Source of the DNA: Syntrophomonadaceae bacterium
GTDB lineage: Bacteria; Bacillota; Syntrophomonadia; Syntrophomonadales; Syntrophomonadaceae
Assembly (NCBI GenBank): GCA_012511795.1
Contig: JAAZFJ010000162.1
Coordinates: forward strand, 66-64,065
Direction: 5' to 3'
Length of the DNA: 64,000 bases
Shown: piece after piece, positions 16,223-26,632 of the stretch
How positions within the stretch are numbered: the first letter of the stretch is position 1
Layout of the letters: each line of letters starts with the position of its first letter
Notes under the pieces: generated by a model
Told to the model about the DNA's origin: nothing
The model's database searches: none
Seen by the model: only the letters and a program-made list of their open reading frames with translations
Translations under genes and position numbers: made by a program

Positions 16223-17602
16223 TTGTTCCAGTTAGTAAATTACGATTTTGATTCCGATATTCATTTATATCATTTTAAAGAGTTAAAAATATTATTAGAT
16301 GTTAATAGCGGTGCGATCCATTTGCTGGATGAACTTGGTTTTAAAATAGTGCAGAATCTGATTAAATACCAAGGTGATCTTTACCGGGCGGTAGAAGCTT
16401 TTAGCAATGAATACCCGGAAGAAGAGCTAATGGAAGCTGCCTATGAATTGCTGGGTTTATGGGAAGATGGAGCTGTATTCACTGAAAAAGAGGAAGGACT
16501 TTCTTCTCTATTATCAACCCTAACAATAAAAGCACTTTGTCTGAATGTGGCACATTTGTGTAATATGAAATGTACATATTGTTTTGCCGGGCAAGGAGAA
16601 TTCAATACTAAAAAAGGGCTTATGTCGGTAGAGGTTGGGAAAAAATCTATCGACTTTTTAATTGCCAAAAGTGAGGGACACCGTCAGTTAGAAGTGGATT
16701 TTTTTGGAGGCGAACCTTTATTAAATATAGAAGTAGTCAAACAAATAGTTGATTATGCAAAAACGCGAGGCAAGGAAACCGGCCGACAGTTTAATTTCAC
16801 TTTAACAACTAACGCGGTACTCTTAACAGATGAAATTATGGATTTTATTAATGATAATGACATCGGTATCATTTTAAGCTTGGACGGAAGGCCTGAAATC
16901 AATGACCGGAATAGGCTTCTTAATAATGGTGCAGGCAGTTATGATATTATTTTACCCAACATTACAAAAGCCATAGCCAGCAACCCGGTAAGTTATTATG
17001 TAAGAGGTACCTTCACCCGTGATAATCATAACTTTTCCCTGGATGTACAACATATGGCAGAGCAGGGAATTGAATCATTATCTATGGAGCCTGCTGTAGG
17101 AGAAGATAATGAGTTTTCCATCCGCAGGGAAGATCTGCCTTGGGTTTTGGCTGAATATGAAAAACTGACAGAGCTATTGCTTAGTTATGTTAAAAAAGAA
17201 AAAAAGATTGATTTTTTCCACTTTAACCTTGATTTACAAAAGGGCCCGTGTCTGGCCAAAAGAATTAGCGGCTGTGGTGCTGGCACGGAATATCTAGTGA
17301 TTACTCCTGAAGGGGATATTTATCCTTGTCATCGTTTTGTGGGAGAAAAACAATTTTTTATGGGGAATTTAGACGATGAAAAAATATCTGCAGAAATACA
17401 AGAACTATTTAAAACCAATCATTTAGAAAACAAAGCAGAATGTGTTAAATGTTGGGCCAGATATTTTTGCGGCGGCGGATGCCATGCGAATAATTATTAT
17501 CGTAACCAGGATATAGTGAAGCCTGATGAAATTTCATGTGAAATGCAAAAAAAACGTATAGAAGCAGCTATTTATTTGGACATTCATAAAAGTTTATTAT
17601 AA
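16223..17602 (+). CDS. SCIFF radical SAM maturase (SPASM-domain thioether-forming enzyme)
   Basis: It has the CNMKCTYC radical-SAM cluster motif and C-terminal SPASM cysteines CGAG...CHRF...CVKCWARYFCGGGCHANN. It lies immediately downstream of the SCIFF peptide. Confidence 0.9.
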   Translation: MFQLVNYDFDSDIHLYHFKELKILLDVNSGAIHLLDELGFKIVQNLIKYQGDLYRAVEAFSNEYPEEELMEAAYELLGLWEDGAVFTEKEEGLSSLLSTLTIKALCLNVAHLCNMKCTYCFAGQGEFNTKKGLMSVEVGKKSIDFLIAKSEGHRQLEVDFFGGEPLLNIEVVKQIVDYAKTRGKETGRQFNFTLTTNAVLLTDEIMDFINDNDIGIILSLDGRPEINDRNRLLNNGAGSYDIILPNITKAIASNPVSYYVRGTFTRDNHNFSLDVQHMAEQGIESLSMEPAVGEDNEFSIRREDLPWVLAEYEKLTELLLSYVKKEKKIDFFHFNLDLQKGPCLAKRISGCGAGTEYLVITPEGDIYPCHRFVGEKQFFMGNLDDEKISAEIQELFKTNHLENKAECVKCWARYFCGGGCHANNYYRNQDIVKPDEISCEMQKKRIEAAIYLDIHKSLL

Positions 17603-17710
17603 CTGGAAAATATTTATGCTTGGAGGCAGGATTTTCTAATTAATTTCAAGAATAAATATTAGATTAATATACCTAAGATTAAATTATTATATCTAATATG
17701 GAGAGGTAAT

Positions 17711-19057
17711 ATGGCAGATTATTTAAAGCAAACTAAACCATTAGAGAGAATTGGTATTGTCAGTCTGATTATCGTTATCCTTTCATTTATCTTCCTGTTT
17801 TCTGTAAAAACTTCAGCGTATTCAGTTTATATTGATGGCCAAGAGAAATTTGCCGTCAGGCACTATTCAGATATTTCTCAGGTAATTGAACAAGTTAAAA
17901 ATCAAGAAGAAGATAAATGTAACCGTAAGCTGGAACTCAGTAACGAAGTTACCTGGGATAAAAATTTTGTGGATAAAAAATCTGTTTTAAGCCAGGATCA
18001 AATTGCCGCTGAGCTGCAAAAGTCACTTAACTTTGTAACTTTGGGAGTTGAAATCCAAGTTGAAGGTAAGGCTATAGCCTGCTTGGAAAACATGGAAGCT
18101 GCTGAACAATTATTAAAGGATTTAAAAAGTGAATATTCCGCAGCAGGGGAAAACGAAAAAGTAGTTTCAGTCTCTTTGGCAGAAGATGTAGATTTGATTG
18201 AAAAAAAGGTATTAGTAAATGAATTATCTGCGAAAGATAAAGCCTTGGAATTAATTAAACTAGGTGCTGACCAACCGGTTAAGTATATTGTTAAGGAAGG
18301 GGACAACCTCTGGTCTATTGCACGAAAAAATGATATGTATGTTGATGATATTATGTGTATCAATAATCTGGAGAACGAGAATCTTCAGCCAGACCAGGAA
18401 TTAGTTTTAGTTGCCAGTAAACCATACATAAATATCGTAACTCAGGTCGAAGGAGAAACCATAGAGCCGATTCCCTTTGAGACTAAAACCGAGATCGATA
18501 AGAACTCCAGCAGCAGTGTTAGAATTAAACAAGCTGGTATAAATGGAGAGAAACAGGTTAGCTATGTTGCTACCAAGGTGAATGGTGTTGTGGAAACAAA
18601 GGAAGTAAAAGAGGAAACAGTTCTAAAAAAAGCAGTTGATAAAATTATTGTTAAGGGCACCAGAGTAACAGTTGCTTCTCGTGGCGGAGGAAGCGGAACT
18701 CTAGACTGGCCAGTTTATGGACCGATTAGCAGTTATTATGGCAGCCGAGGGGGAAGTCATACCGGTTTGGATATAGCTGCTCCTTCCGGAAGTACAATAA
18801 AGGCAGTTGATTCTGGTACTGTAACCAGCGCAGGTTATAAGGGGACTTATGGCTATATGATCACCATAAGTCATGGCAATGGAATGGTTACCCGTTATGC
18901 ACACTGCAGCGCCATTCATGTGTCTGCAGGGCAATATGTTGCCAAAGGAGAAGGAATAGGTAAAGTTGGTTCAACAGGTAAAAGCACTGGCCCTCATCTC
19001 CACTTTGAAATATTAGTCAACGGTTCTTTCAGAAATCCCTTAAGTTATCTGCGATAA
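17711..19057 (+). CDS. Membrane-anchored LysM / G5 / M23 peptidoglycan metalloendopeptidase
   Basis: It has an N-terminal TM segment, LysM YIVKEGDNLWSIARKN, a G5-like segment and M23 motifs HTGLDIAAPSGS and GPHLHFEI. Confidence 0.8.
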   Translation: MADYLKQTKPLERIGIVSLIIVILSFIFLFSVKTSAYSVYIDGQEKFAVRHYSDISQVIEQVKNQEEDKCNRKLELSNEVTWDKNFVDKKSVLSQDQIAAELQKSLNFVTLGVEIQVEGKAIACLENMEAAEQLLKDLKSEYSAAGENEKVVSVSLAEDVDLIEKKVLVNELSAKDKALELIKLGADQPVKYIVKEGDNLWSIARKNDMYVDDIMCINNLENENLQPDQELVLVASKPYINIVTQVEGETIEPIPFETKTEIDKNSSSSVRIKQAGINGEKQVSYVATKVNGVVETKEVKEETVLKKAVDKIIVKGTRVTVASRGGGSGTLDWPVYGPISSYYGSRGGSHTGLDIAAPSGSTIKAVDSGTVTSAGYKGTYGYMITISHGNGMVTRYAHCSAIHVSAGQYVAKGEGIGKVGSTGKSTGPHLHFEILVNGSFRNPLSYLR

Positions 19058-19070
19058 AAGCTGCAACTTT

Positions 19071-19099
19071 GCCCTGGCTATTTACAGTCAGGGCTTTTT
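19071..19099 (+). terminator. Intrinsic terminator
   Basis: GCCCTG ... CAGGGC followed by TTTTT. Confidence 0.6.
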
Positions 19100-19128
19100 A
19101 TTTATTATTTCATGAAAGGAAGATGTAG

Positions 19129-20034
19129 ATGTATGATGTAATCATTATCGGTAGTGGACCGGCAGGGCTGACTGCAGCAATTTATACCGGCCGGGCACAA
19201 TTAAAAACAATGGTTTTGGAAGCAGTTGGGATAGGTGGCAATGCGGCCTTAACAGATCAGATAGACAATTTCCCCGGATTCCCTTTTGGAGTAGATGGCA
19301 GCGACCTTATGGACAGCTTCAGGAAACAAGCCGAACGATTTGCTGTAGAAATAAAGATGCAAGAAGCAAGGGAATTAAAAAAAGAAAAGGACGGCATAAG
19401 AGTTATTACTGACCAGGCTGAATTCCTTTGCCGGGCGGTGATTATAGCAACAGGTGCTAAACGTCGTCATTTGGATGTTGAAGGCGAAGAAAGTTTTTTA
19501 GGGCGAGGAGTATCATACTGCGCAACCTGTGACGGAGCCTTTTTTAATGGATTATCTGTAGCAGTTGTAGGGGGAGGAGATACCGCTGTTAAAGAAGCAA
19601 TTCATTTGTCAGATATAGCTTCCCAGGTATATTTGATCCATCGTCGTGAAGGTTTTAGAGCTAACCAGACCGCATTAAACAAACTGCGGGAAAAGAAGAA
19701 TGTGTCTTTTAAATTGAACCGGATCGTTCAAAAGATAGAAGGCAATGAATATGTAACACAACTGTTATTAAAGGAGGTTAATACTAAGGAACAAGAAATT
19801 TTAGAAGTTGACGGTATATTTGTCAGTATTGGTTTAGTACCGGATAGCTCTTTTTTTCAAGAATTTATAGATACCAAAGATGGTTATATCCTGACTGATA
19901 CAAATATGAATACCTCACAACCCGGTGTTTTTGCAGCCGGGGACATTGTTTATAAAGATTACAGACAGGTAGCAACCGCAGTTGGTGATGGAGCTGTAGC
20001 AGGAATTGCAGTCATCGACTATTTACAGGAATAG
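19129..20034 (+). CDS. trxB: Thioredoxin-disulfide reductase
   Basis: It has the GSGPAG FAD motif, redox centre CATCDG and GGGDTA NADPH motif, in a 301-aa protein. Confidence 0.9.
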   Translation: MYDVIIIGSGPAGLTAAIYTGRAQLKTMVLEAVGIGGNAALTDQIDNFPGFPFGVDGSDLMDSFRKQAERFAVEIKMQEARELKKEKDGIRVITDQAEFLCRAVIIATGAKRRHLDVEGEESFLGRGVSYCATCDGAFFNGLSVAVVGGGDTAVKEAIHLSDIASQVYLIHRREGFRANQTALNKLREKKNVSFKLNRIVQKIEGNEYVTQLLLKEVNTKEQEILEVDGIFVSIGLVPDSSFFQEFIDTKDGYILTDTNMNTSQPGVFAAGDIVYKDYRQVATAVGDGAVAGIAVIDYLQE

Positions 20035-20102
20035 CCATTATTTGCCTCACCTCTTGTTCTCAAACCCATAGTATAATGTGGGCAGAGGGGAGAGAGATAT
20101 CA

Positions 20103-20948
20103 ATGTTGGGGATTAAAGAACTAGCAACATTTAAAACCATTTGTTTATCTTTAGTCTTGATTATAATTATGGTTCTTATTATAAGCAGAAACAGTCAAAC
20201 AATAATGCGTTATATGGTGGGGCAGGAAGTAGATTTTAAGACAGCGGACTTTAGCCAGACAGAGACACTTCATTTTAATATCAGATACACAAAGACGGAC
20301 AACGAAAATGTCGAGCTGGTGGCAAATGCCTCCGAGTATGCCTATAATGCAGTTACTGACTTTTTTAATTCTAAACCACAGGAAAAAACCACCATTATCG
20401 TCTATCCTGATACAGAAAGCTTGGCCCATAGCTTTGGCTGGGACAAGAACCAAAAGGCAGAAGGGGTGTATTGGGCAGGCTCTATCAGAGTAATTTCACC
20501 TGATTATTGGCAGGAAGAAGTATGGGTAACTGGAGAATACCAATTACAGGCAGGACCTCTGGTTCACGAATTTGCTCATCTTATGGTTGACGAGCATACC
20601 AGGGGCAATTATAATCGTTGGTGGACAGAGGGAATTGCTCAGTATGTGGAGAAAAAGATAACCGGTTTTCAGTTTCGAGAACCATTTTCCGATAACCAAA
20701 AGATGATGATTTTACCTCTTAATATTCTAAATAAAGAATTTGATAGGGATAAAGGTGCAATTGCTTATTGGCAATCCCTGAAGATCATTGAATTTATAGT
20801 AGACAATTATGGCGAAGAAAAACTATTTGTTATTATGGATAATTTGGGTCAAGGAGATAATATCAAACAAGCTATTACAAAATCTTTAAACGTAAATTTT
20901 AAAGATTGGGAAATTAGTTTATATCAGGCCTTGCTGCAAAAAAACTAG
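20103..20948 (+). CDS. Membrane-anchored putative peptidase MA-family metalloprotease
   Basis: ATG 20103 follows GAGGGGAGAGAG. It has an N-terminal TM segment, HEFAH (HExxH) and downstream WWTEGIAQYVE. Confidence 0.5.
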   Translation: MLGIKELATFKTICLSLVLIIIMVLIISRNSQTIMRYMVGQEVDFKTADFSQTETLHFNIRYTKTDNENVELVANASEYAYNAVTDFFNSKPQEKTTIIVYPDTESLAHSFGWDKNQKAEGVYWAGSIRVISPDYWQEEVWVTGEYQLQAGPLVHEFAHLMVDEHTRGNYNRWWTEGIAQYVEKKITGFQFREPFSDNQKMMILPLNILNKEFDRDKGAIAYWQSLKIIEFIVDNYGEEKLFVIMDNLGQGDNIKQAITKSLNVNFKDWEISLYQALLQKN

Positions 20949-20965
20949 AACAAGAGGTGTAAATC

Positions 20966-22216
20966 TTGAGGGATACTTTAGTAATAGAGGGAGGGCACCC
21001 TCTTTTTGGACAAGTAACAATTAGCGGTGCCAAAAATGCCGGACTGGTTTTAATGGCTGCCAGCATTATGGCTGATGGTGAGACTATATTAGATAATGTA
21101 CCTCGCATCAGGGATGTTGAGGTAATGATTCGCATATTGAATGACATCGGAGTCAAAACCGATTGGAACGAGGATGGCAGCCTTTCTATTTGCCCTCCGC
21201 CAGGTGGTGTTAAAAACCAAACTTCTTACGAGTTGGCCAAACTTTTACGTGCATCAAACCTTTTTTTAGGAGCAATGCTGGGCAGACAGGGAGAAGCGAT
21301 TATATCCATGCCGGGAGGCTGTGATATAGGCACAAGGCCTATGGACCTGCATATAAAAGGACTGCAGGCTCTAGGTGCTGATCTGGAATTGGAACATGGT
21401 TATATTTATGCAAAGGTAATCAAATCAAATGCTGCCAGGATATATCTTGATTTCCCCAGTGTGGGCGCAACAGAGAACATTATGATGATGGCCGCCAAAA
21501 CACCAGGACAATCTATTATTGAAAATGCAGCTAAAGAACCGGAAATAGTTGATTTAGCTAATTTTCTAAATTTTATGGGTGCCAAAGTACGCGGAGCTGG
21601 TACCGACATAATAAGAATCGAAGGAGTCAATGAATTAAAGCCAGGTCGCTACGCCATTATACCGGATAGGATTGAGGCAGGGACTTATATGATAGCTGCG
21701 GCTATTTCAAAAGGAGAGGTCCTGGTTCAAAACATCATTCCCAATCATCTTCACCCCATTGTAGCCAAACTGCAAGAGGCAGGTGCTGCAGTACATGAAA
21801 CCGATCAAGGAATTGTAGTAAAAGCTGGAGATAAAATTCTCCCTGTAGATGTTAAGACATTGCCATATCCTGGTTTTCCCACTGATATGCAATCACAGAT
21901 GATGGCCTTACTAAGTTTAGCAGAAGGATCCAGCATGATCGTAGAAAATGTTTTTGAAAATCGCTTTCAAATAGTAGATGAACTAAAGAGAATGGGAGCC
22001 AGAATAAAGGTAGAAGGACATACTTCTGTTATTGAAGGAGTAGAGTCTCTTTATGGCGCACGGGTAAAAGCTACTGACTTAAGGGCCGGAGCAGCGTTAA
22101 TATTAGGGGGATTAGTTGCCCAGGGAGAAACCGTAATAGAAAATGCCGGCTATATCTTTCGCGGTTATGAAAATATCCGGGAAAAACTAACTGCTTTGGG
22201 AGCCCGGTTAAAATAA
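20966..22216 (+). CDS. murA: UDP-N-acetylglucosamine 1-carboxyvinyltransferase
   Basis: It has ISGAKNAGL and active-site Cys in PGGCDIGTRPMDLH, in a 416-aa protein. TTG start. Confidence 0.9.
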   Translation: MRDTLVIEGGHPLFGQVTISGAKNAGLVLMAASIMADGETILDNVPRIRDVEVMIRILNDIGVKTDWNEDGSLSICPPPGGVKNQTSYELAKLLRASNLFLGAMLGRQGEAIISMPGGCDIGTRPMDLHIKGLQALGADLELEHGYIYAKVIKSNAARIYLDFPSVGATENIMMMAAKTPGQSIIENAAKEPEIVDLANFLNFMGAKVRGAGTDIIRIEGVNELKPGRYAIIPDRIEAGTYMIAAAISKGEVLVQNIIPNHLHPIVAKLQEAGAAVHETDQGIVVKAGDKILPVDVKTLPYPGFPTDMQSQMMALLSLAEGSSMIVENVFENRFQIVDELKRMGARIKVEGHTSVIEGVESLYGARVKATDLRAGAALILGGLVAQGETVIENAGYIFRGYENIREKLTALGARLK

Positions 22217-22247
22217 AGCTTAAAAAAAAGAAATTACAGCAGAAGGA

Positions 22248-22271
22248 AGAAGGCCAAAGGCCTTCTTTTTT
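22248..22271 (+). terminator. Intrinsic terminator after murA
   Basis: AGAAGGCC-aaa-GGCCTTCT followed by TTTTT. Confidence 0.75.
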
Positions 22272-22348
22272 GATGACAGGCGGTATAAAGATCATAAAAG
22301 AGTAGAAAATATACAAACAAATAAATCGTTGACTTAAGGGGGAATAGT

Positions 22349-23416
22349 GTGAATAAAATAACATATAAAAGTGCGCTCTTTTTTTTATTGTTTTTTTGTA
22401 TGGGGGTAGTATTATTCAATGTAATAGAATTAATTTTTGCACAAAAATCTATGATTAATAATGATCAGACACAAAGAGGTGCAATCAGTGAAGTTGCTGC
22501 CCGGGTTAGTCCATCTGTTGTGGGAATAACCAACCTTCAGCGCAGTGGCAATATATTCGATTATCGAACCAGCGAAAGTACGGGTTCAGGAGTTATTCTT
22601 GATGAAGAGGGCTATATCGTAACCAATAATCATGTTGTTAAAGGAGCAGATAGATTATTAGTCACTTTAATAGATGGCAATGAAGAAGAAGCTGATATTA
22701 TCGGAACAGATCCCCGTACTGATTTAGCAGTTATAAAAATAAAGGTAGATAATCATGTTACACCTGCCAAATTAGGGGATTCAGATCGCTTGGTGGTGGG
22801 GGAGGAAGTTTTGGCTATCGGCAATCCCTTGGGACTGCGTTTTGCCCGTTCAGTCACGGCCGGAGTAATCAGTGGATTAAATCGCCTGCTGACAACTGAA
22901 GAAGGGTTTTCTTCCCGTCTGATTCAGACTGATGCTGCCATTAACCCGGGTAATAGCGGAGGGGCTCTTTTTAATCTTAATGGTGAAGTAATCGGCATTA
23001 ATTCAGTAAAAATAGCGGCTGCTGGTTTTGAAGGAATGGGTTTTTCTATTCCGGTTAATCAAGTAGGGCAAGTTATTGAAGCTATAAAAAAGAATGGCAA
23101 GGTTGACTGGCCGGTAATGGGAGTCAGAATAATTGGCGAGATCGGCGAAGTAGAAGCTGACTACTTTGAATTACCTGATTGCTGCGGGGTTATCATTATA
23201 CCGGATCAAGGAAGTCCTGCGGCACGCGCGGGGATAAAACCATATGATATCATAATCGCCATAGACAATAAGGATGTTGCTACCGGCTCAGACTTGCAGG
23301 AATTCATTGCCGGTAAAAAAATCGGCCAGACCATAAGAGTCAAAATCGCCAGAATTCCCCAGAACGAACAGAGTAAAACCCAGATCAAAACTTATTCCAT
23401 TAAGCTGGTAAGATAA
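22349..23416 (+). CDS. HtrA/DegP-family (S1C) serine protease with PDZ domain
   Basis: It has an N-terminal TM segment, the triad contexts TNNHVV, TDLAVIK and NPGNSGGALF, and a C-terminal PDZ (GSPAARAGIKPYDIIIAIDNK). Confidence 0.85.
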   Translation: MNKITYKSALFFLLFFCMGVVLFNVIELIFAQKSMINNDQTQRGAISEVAARVSPSVVGITNLQRSGNIFDYRTSESTGSGVILDEEGYIVTNNHVVKGADRLLVTLIDGNEEEADIIGTDPRTDLAVIKIKVDNHVTPAKLGDSDRLVVGEEVLAIGNPLGLRFARSVTAGVISGLNRLLTTEEGFSSRLIQTDAAINPGNSGGALFNLNGEVIGINSVKIAAAGFEGMGFSIPVNQVGQVIEAIKKNGKVDWPVMGVRIIGEIGEVEADYFELPDCCGVIIIPDQGSPAARAGIKPYDIIIAIDNKDVATGSDLQEFIAGKKIGQTIRVKIARIPQNEQSKTQIKTYSIKLVR

Positions 23417-23521
23417 TTCAGAACAAAATACTTATTGGATAAAGAAGCGCCGCAGTAAATGCAGCGCTTTATTTTTTGGTATTGGTGGGCTAGACTATAA
23501 AAAACCAGATGAGGAGAAAGA

Positions 23522-24001
23522 ATGAAATACAGAATCATATCGGTGGGCAAATTAAAGGAACCTTTTTATCTTAATGGCATCAAGGAATATCTAAAAAGAT
23601 TAAAGCCTTATACTAATATAGAATTAGTAGATGGTTTAGAGGAAAAAATAGCTCCCAGGGCAGGAATAAAGGAAATCGAAAAATGTCTGTATAAAGAAGG
23701 AACAAAACTGCTTAACCTGATTGGTGATAATGAAATAGTAGTTCTTTTGGATATACAAGGGGAACCTATTAGCTCTACTGAATGGGCAGGCTATATTGGA
23801 GAACTTAATGTGAGTTCTTCAAGCTCAGTCAACCTGATTATTGGCGGCTCATTTGGAGTTGATGAAAGAGTTAAAAGAAGAGCAGACCGGGTATTATCTT
23901 TTTCTCAAATGACGTTTCCCCATCAGATGGCAGTTTTAATCCTGACAGAGCAGATTTATAGAGCTTTTAAAATCATTAGAAATGAACCGTACCATAAATA
24001 A
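23522..24001 (+). CDS. rlmH: 23S rRNA (pseudouridine1915-N3)-methyltransferase RlmH
   Basis: 159-aa SPOUT protein, MKYRIISVGKLKE...YRAFKIIRNEPYHK. Confidence 0.9.
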   Translation: MKYRIISVGKLKEPFYLNGIKEYLKRLKPYTNIELVDGLEEKIAPRAGIKEIEKCLYKEGTKLLNLIGDNEIVVLLDIQGEPISSTEWAGYIGELNVSSSSSVNLIIGGSFGVDERVKRRADRVLSFSQMTFPHQMAVLILTEQIYRAFKIIRNEPYHK

Positions 24002-24040
24002 GGATCTATGTTTGACAAGCTGAAGTGAAGGAGGATAAAG

Positions 24041-25435
24041 ATGGAAGTAGTTAGTGTAGCACAATTGATCAATGATACCCATAAATACGTTGGACAACAG
24101 GTACAGGTCAATGGTTGGATCAGATTAAACCGGGGGCAGAAAGCCTTTGGCTTTATCACGCTAAATGATGGCAGCCATTTTACTTCTCTCCAGATCGTTT
24201 ATGAAAAAGACCAATTGGAAAACTTTGAAGAAGTAGCTGGGTTAAGAACAGGTGCTGCATTGAATGTTTATGGAGTAGTTGTTGAAACACCGAATGCCAA
24301 ACAACCACTTGAAATAAAAGCCACGCAAGTAAAACTGGCTGCTGATTGTCCAGAAGATTATCCTATCCAGCCAAAACGTCACTCTAAAGAATTTCTGCGG
24401 GAAGTTGCTCACTTAAGGTCCCGGACCAATTTATTTTCAGCAGTTTTTCGCATTCGTTCCATAGCTGCTTTTGCTGTGCATCAGTTTTTTCAAGAACAGG
24501 GGTTTATTTATGTACATACTCCAATTATTACCGCCAGTGATGCTGAAGGGGCAGGGGAAATGTTCAGAGTAACTACTTTAGATGCCGAAAAACCTCCTCT
24601 TACCCCTGATGGAAATGTAGATTTTTCCAATGATTTCTTTGGCCGCAAGACCAACCTGACTGTCAGCGGGCAATTGGAAGCAGAAGCATTTGCCTTAGCC
24701 TTCGGTAAGGTATATACTTTTGGGCCTACTTTTCGTGCTGAAAACTCAAACACAGCCAGGCACGCGGCAGAGTTCTGGATGATTGAACCGGAGATCGCTT
24801 TCGCCGGTTTAAGGGAAGACATGGAATTAGCAGAAGCGATGGTTAAATATGTTATCAGCTATGTTATGGAAAAGGCACCGGCAGAAATGGACTTTTTAAA
24901 TGAATTTGTAGATAAAGAGCTTTTAACACGTTTGCAAAAGATAGCATCACAAAACTTTGCGCGAATTACCTATACAGAGGCAATTGAAATTCTGCAAAAA
25001 TCCAAGCAGACCTTTGATTTTCCGGTTAGTTGGGGCAATGATTTGCAGACAGAACACGAGAGGTACTTAACTGAAAAAGCTATCGGCAAACCGGTTTTTG
25101 TTACGGACTATCCCCAGGAAATTAAAGCTTTTTATATGCGGCAGAACGATGATGGCAAAACAGTGGCAGCCATGGACTTATTGGTGCCGGGTGTGGGTGA
25201 ATTGATCGGCGGCAGTCAAAGGGAAGAAAGAGAGGATTATCTTAGAGGCCGCATGGAAGCAATGAATATTTCCCTGGATGAGTTAGGATGGTATCTGGAG
25301 CTTAGAAAATATGGGGGTGTACCTCATGCCGGATTCGGGGTGGGTTTTGAAAGACTTATTATGTATCTCGCCGGAGTAAGCAACATCCGTGATGTGATAC
25401 CATTTCCCCGTACGGTAAATTCATGCGCTTTCTAA
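24041..25435 (+). CDS. asnS: Asparagine--tRNA ligase
   Basis: Class IIb aaRS with an OB N-domain, [21 protein letters not shown] and [12 protein letters not shown]. Confidence 0.9.
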   Translation: MEVVSVAQLINDTHKYVGQQVQVNGWIRLNRGQKAFGFITLNDGSHFTSLQIVYEKDQLENFEEVAGLRTGAALNVYGVVVETPNAKQPLEIKATQVKLAADCPEDYPIQPKRHSKEFLREVAHLRSRTNLFSAVFRIRSIAAFAVHQFFQEQGFIYVHTPIITASDAEGAGEMFRVTTLDAEKPPLTPDGNVDFSNDFFGRKTNLTVSGQLEAEAFALAFGKVYTFGPTFRAENSNTARHAAEFWMIEPEIAFAGLREDMELAEAMVKYVISYVMEKAPAEMDFLNEFVDKELLTRLQKIASQNFARITYTEAIEILQKSKQTFDFPVSWGNDLQTEHERYLTEKAIGKPVFVTDYPQEIKAFYMRQNDDGKTVAAMDLLVPGVGELIGGSQREEREDYLRGRMEAMNISLDELGWYLELRKYGGVPHAGFGVGFERLIMYLAGVSNIRDVIPFPRTVNSCAF

Positions 25436-25540
25436 ATTTTATTTCAGGTGTGTTAAAAGGTAACTTACCAATAGTGAAAGTTTTTTGAAATTTAATAGTA
25501 TAATAATGGTATAAATCATTTTTTATTGGAGGAGAGAGAA

Positions 25541-26566
25541 ATGAAAAAGTTTAAATCAAAGCTTGCGGTTATATTGGTTTTAGTCTTTGTATTTACAATG
25601 GTTCTCGGATCCAGTGCCTTTGCCAACTGGACTTCAGTGCAAAAAGTAGATGCATATTCGGGAGTTAAAATTTTTTACAATGGGCAGCAGGTGTTAAATC
25701 CTACCCAGCCTTTAATTATTAATGACACTACATATGTTCCCTTACGTATGATCATGGAATTAGTTGGTACGGGAGTAACATGGGATGCATTGAATTACAG
25801 GGTCATGCTTACAGGGGCCGGTTCCAAGGAATTAGCGGCCAAAGATAAAGAAATAGCAGAGCTTAAAGATAAAATCAAACAACTGGAAAATACTGTTGCG
25901 AAAAGCAAGGGCGGAGATCTGGATGAAATAGAAGAAGACCTGATTGATATCTTTGAAGATGCGGGAGACGAGTACTTTGATGATGACAGAATAAAAGTAA
26001 CATTTGCTCTAAGCGGTGATGAAGATGATCTGGCTTATACTATCAAACTGGATTTTGACCGTTCCCGTGAATATGATGATTTGTCTGATGTGAACAAAAG
26101 GGACATAGAATCGTTTTTGGATGATGTAGAAGAAGAAATTCAAGACTTAATTGACGGCACAGATTTTGAAGATGCAGATATTACCGGTAGACTCCAGGAT
26201 AATGATGATTCCAAATTAAGAGTAACCTATAATGGCAGGTCCTATACCTTTAATTTGGGCAGTACTGCTGACATTGATGATATTGAAGATGATGTAACTA
26301 ATGCTTTTAAAGGTGCCGGCCAAAAATATTTCGGGGACAGTGCAGTAAGGGTAAATATATCCCTGAGCGGAGATGAGGACGATATAAATTATGATGCTGA
26401 AATTGATGCATCTTATTCAAATTATTACAGTGAGGATAAGGAGCTTGCCCTGGGAGATATTAATCGTTTAATAAAGGCCGTAGAAAGCGAAATAGAAGAT
26501 GTGATCGACGGCACTGACTTTGAAGATGCAGATATCAGAGGAAATTATTCTGTAGAATATAAATAA
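25541..26566 (+). CDS. Secreted protein: copper-amine-oxidase-N-like stalk domain, coiled coil and two acidic ~115-aa repeats
   Basis: ATG 25541 follows GGAGGAGAG. The signal peptide ends SSAFA. It has a stalk-like segment (TYVPLRMIMELVG). The motif LIDGTDFEDADI(T/R)G occurs twice. Confidence 0.6.
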   Translation: MKKFKSKLAVILVLVFVFTMVLGSSAFANWTSVQKVDAYSGVKIFYNGQQVLNPTQPLIINDTTYVPLRMIMELVGTGVTWDALNYRVMLTGAGSKELAAKDKEIAELKDKIKQLENTVAKSKGGDLDEIEEDLIDIFEDAGDEYFDDDRIKVTFALSGDEDDLAYTIKLDFDRSREYDDLSDVNKRDIESFLDDVEEEIQDLIDGTDFEDADITGRLQDNDDSKLRVTYNGRSYTFNLGSTADIDDIEDDVTNAFKGAGQKYFGDSAVRVNISLSGDEDDINYDAEIDASYSNYYSEDKELALGDINRLIKAVESEIEDVIDGTDFEDADIRGNYSVEYK

Positions 26567-26632
26567 ACAGCACATTGTGATTGGAAGTGCTTACATAGAG
26601 CCAAATAATTAGTTGATAACTAATTATTAAAG

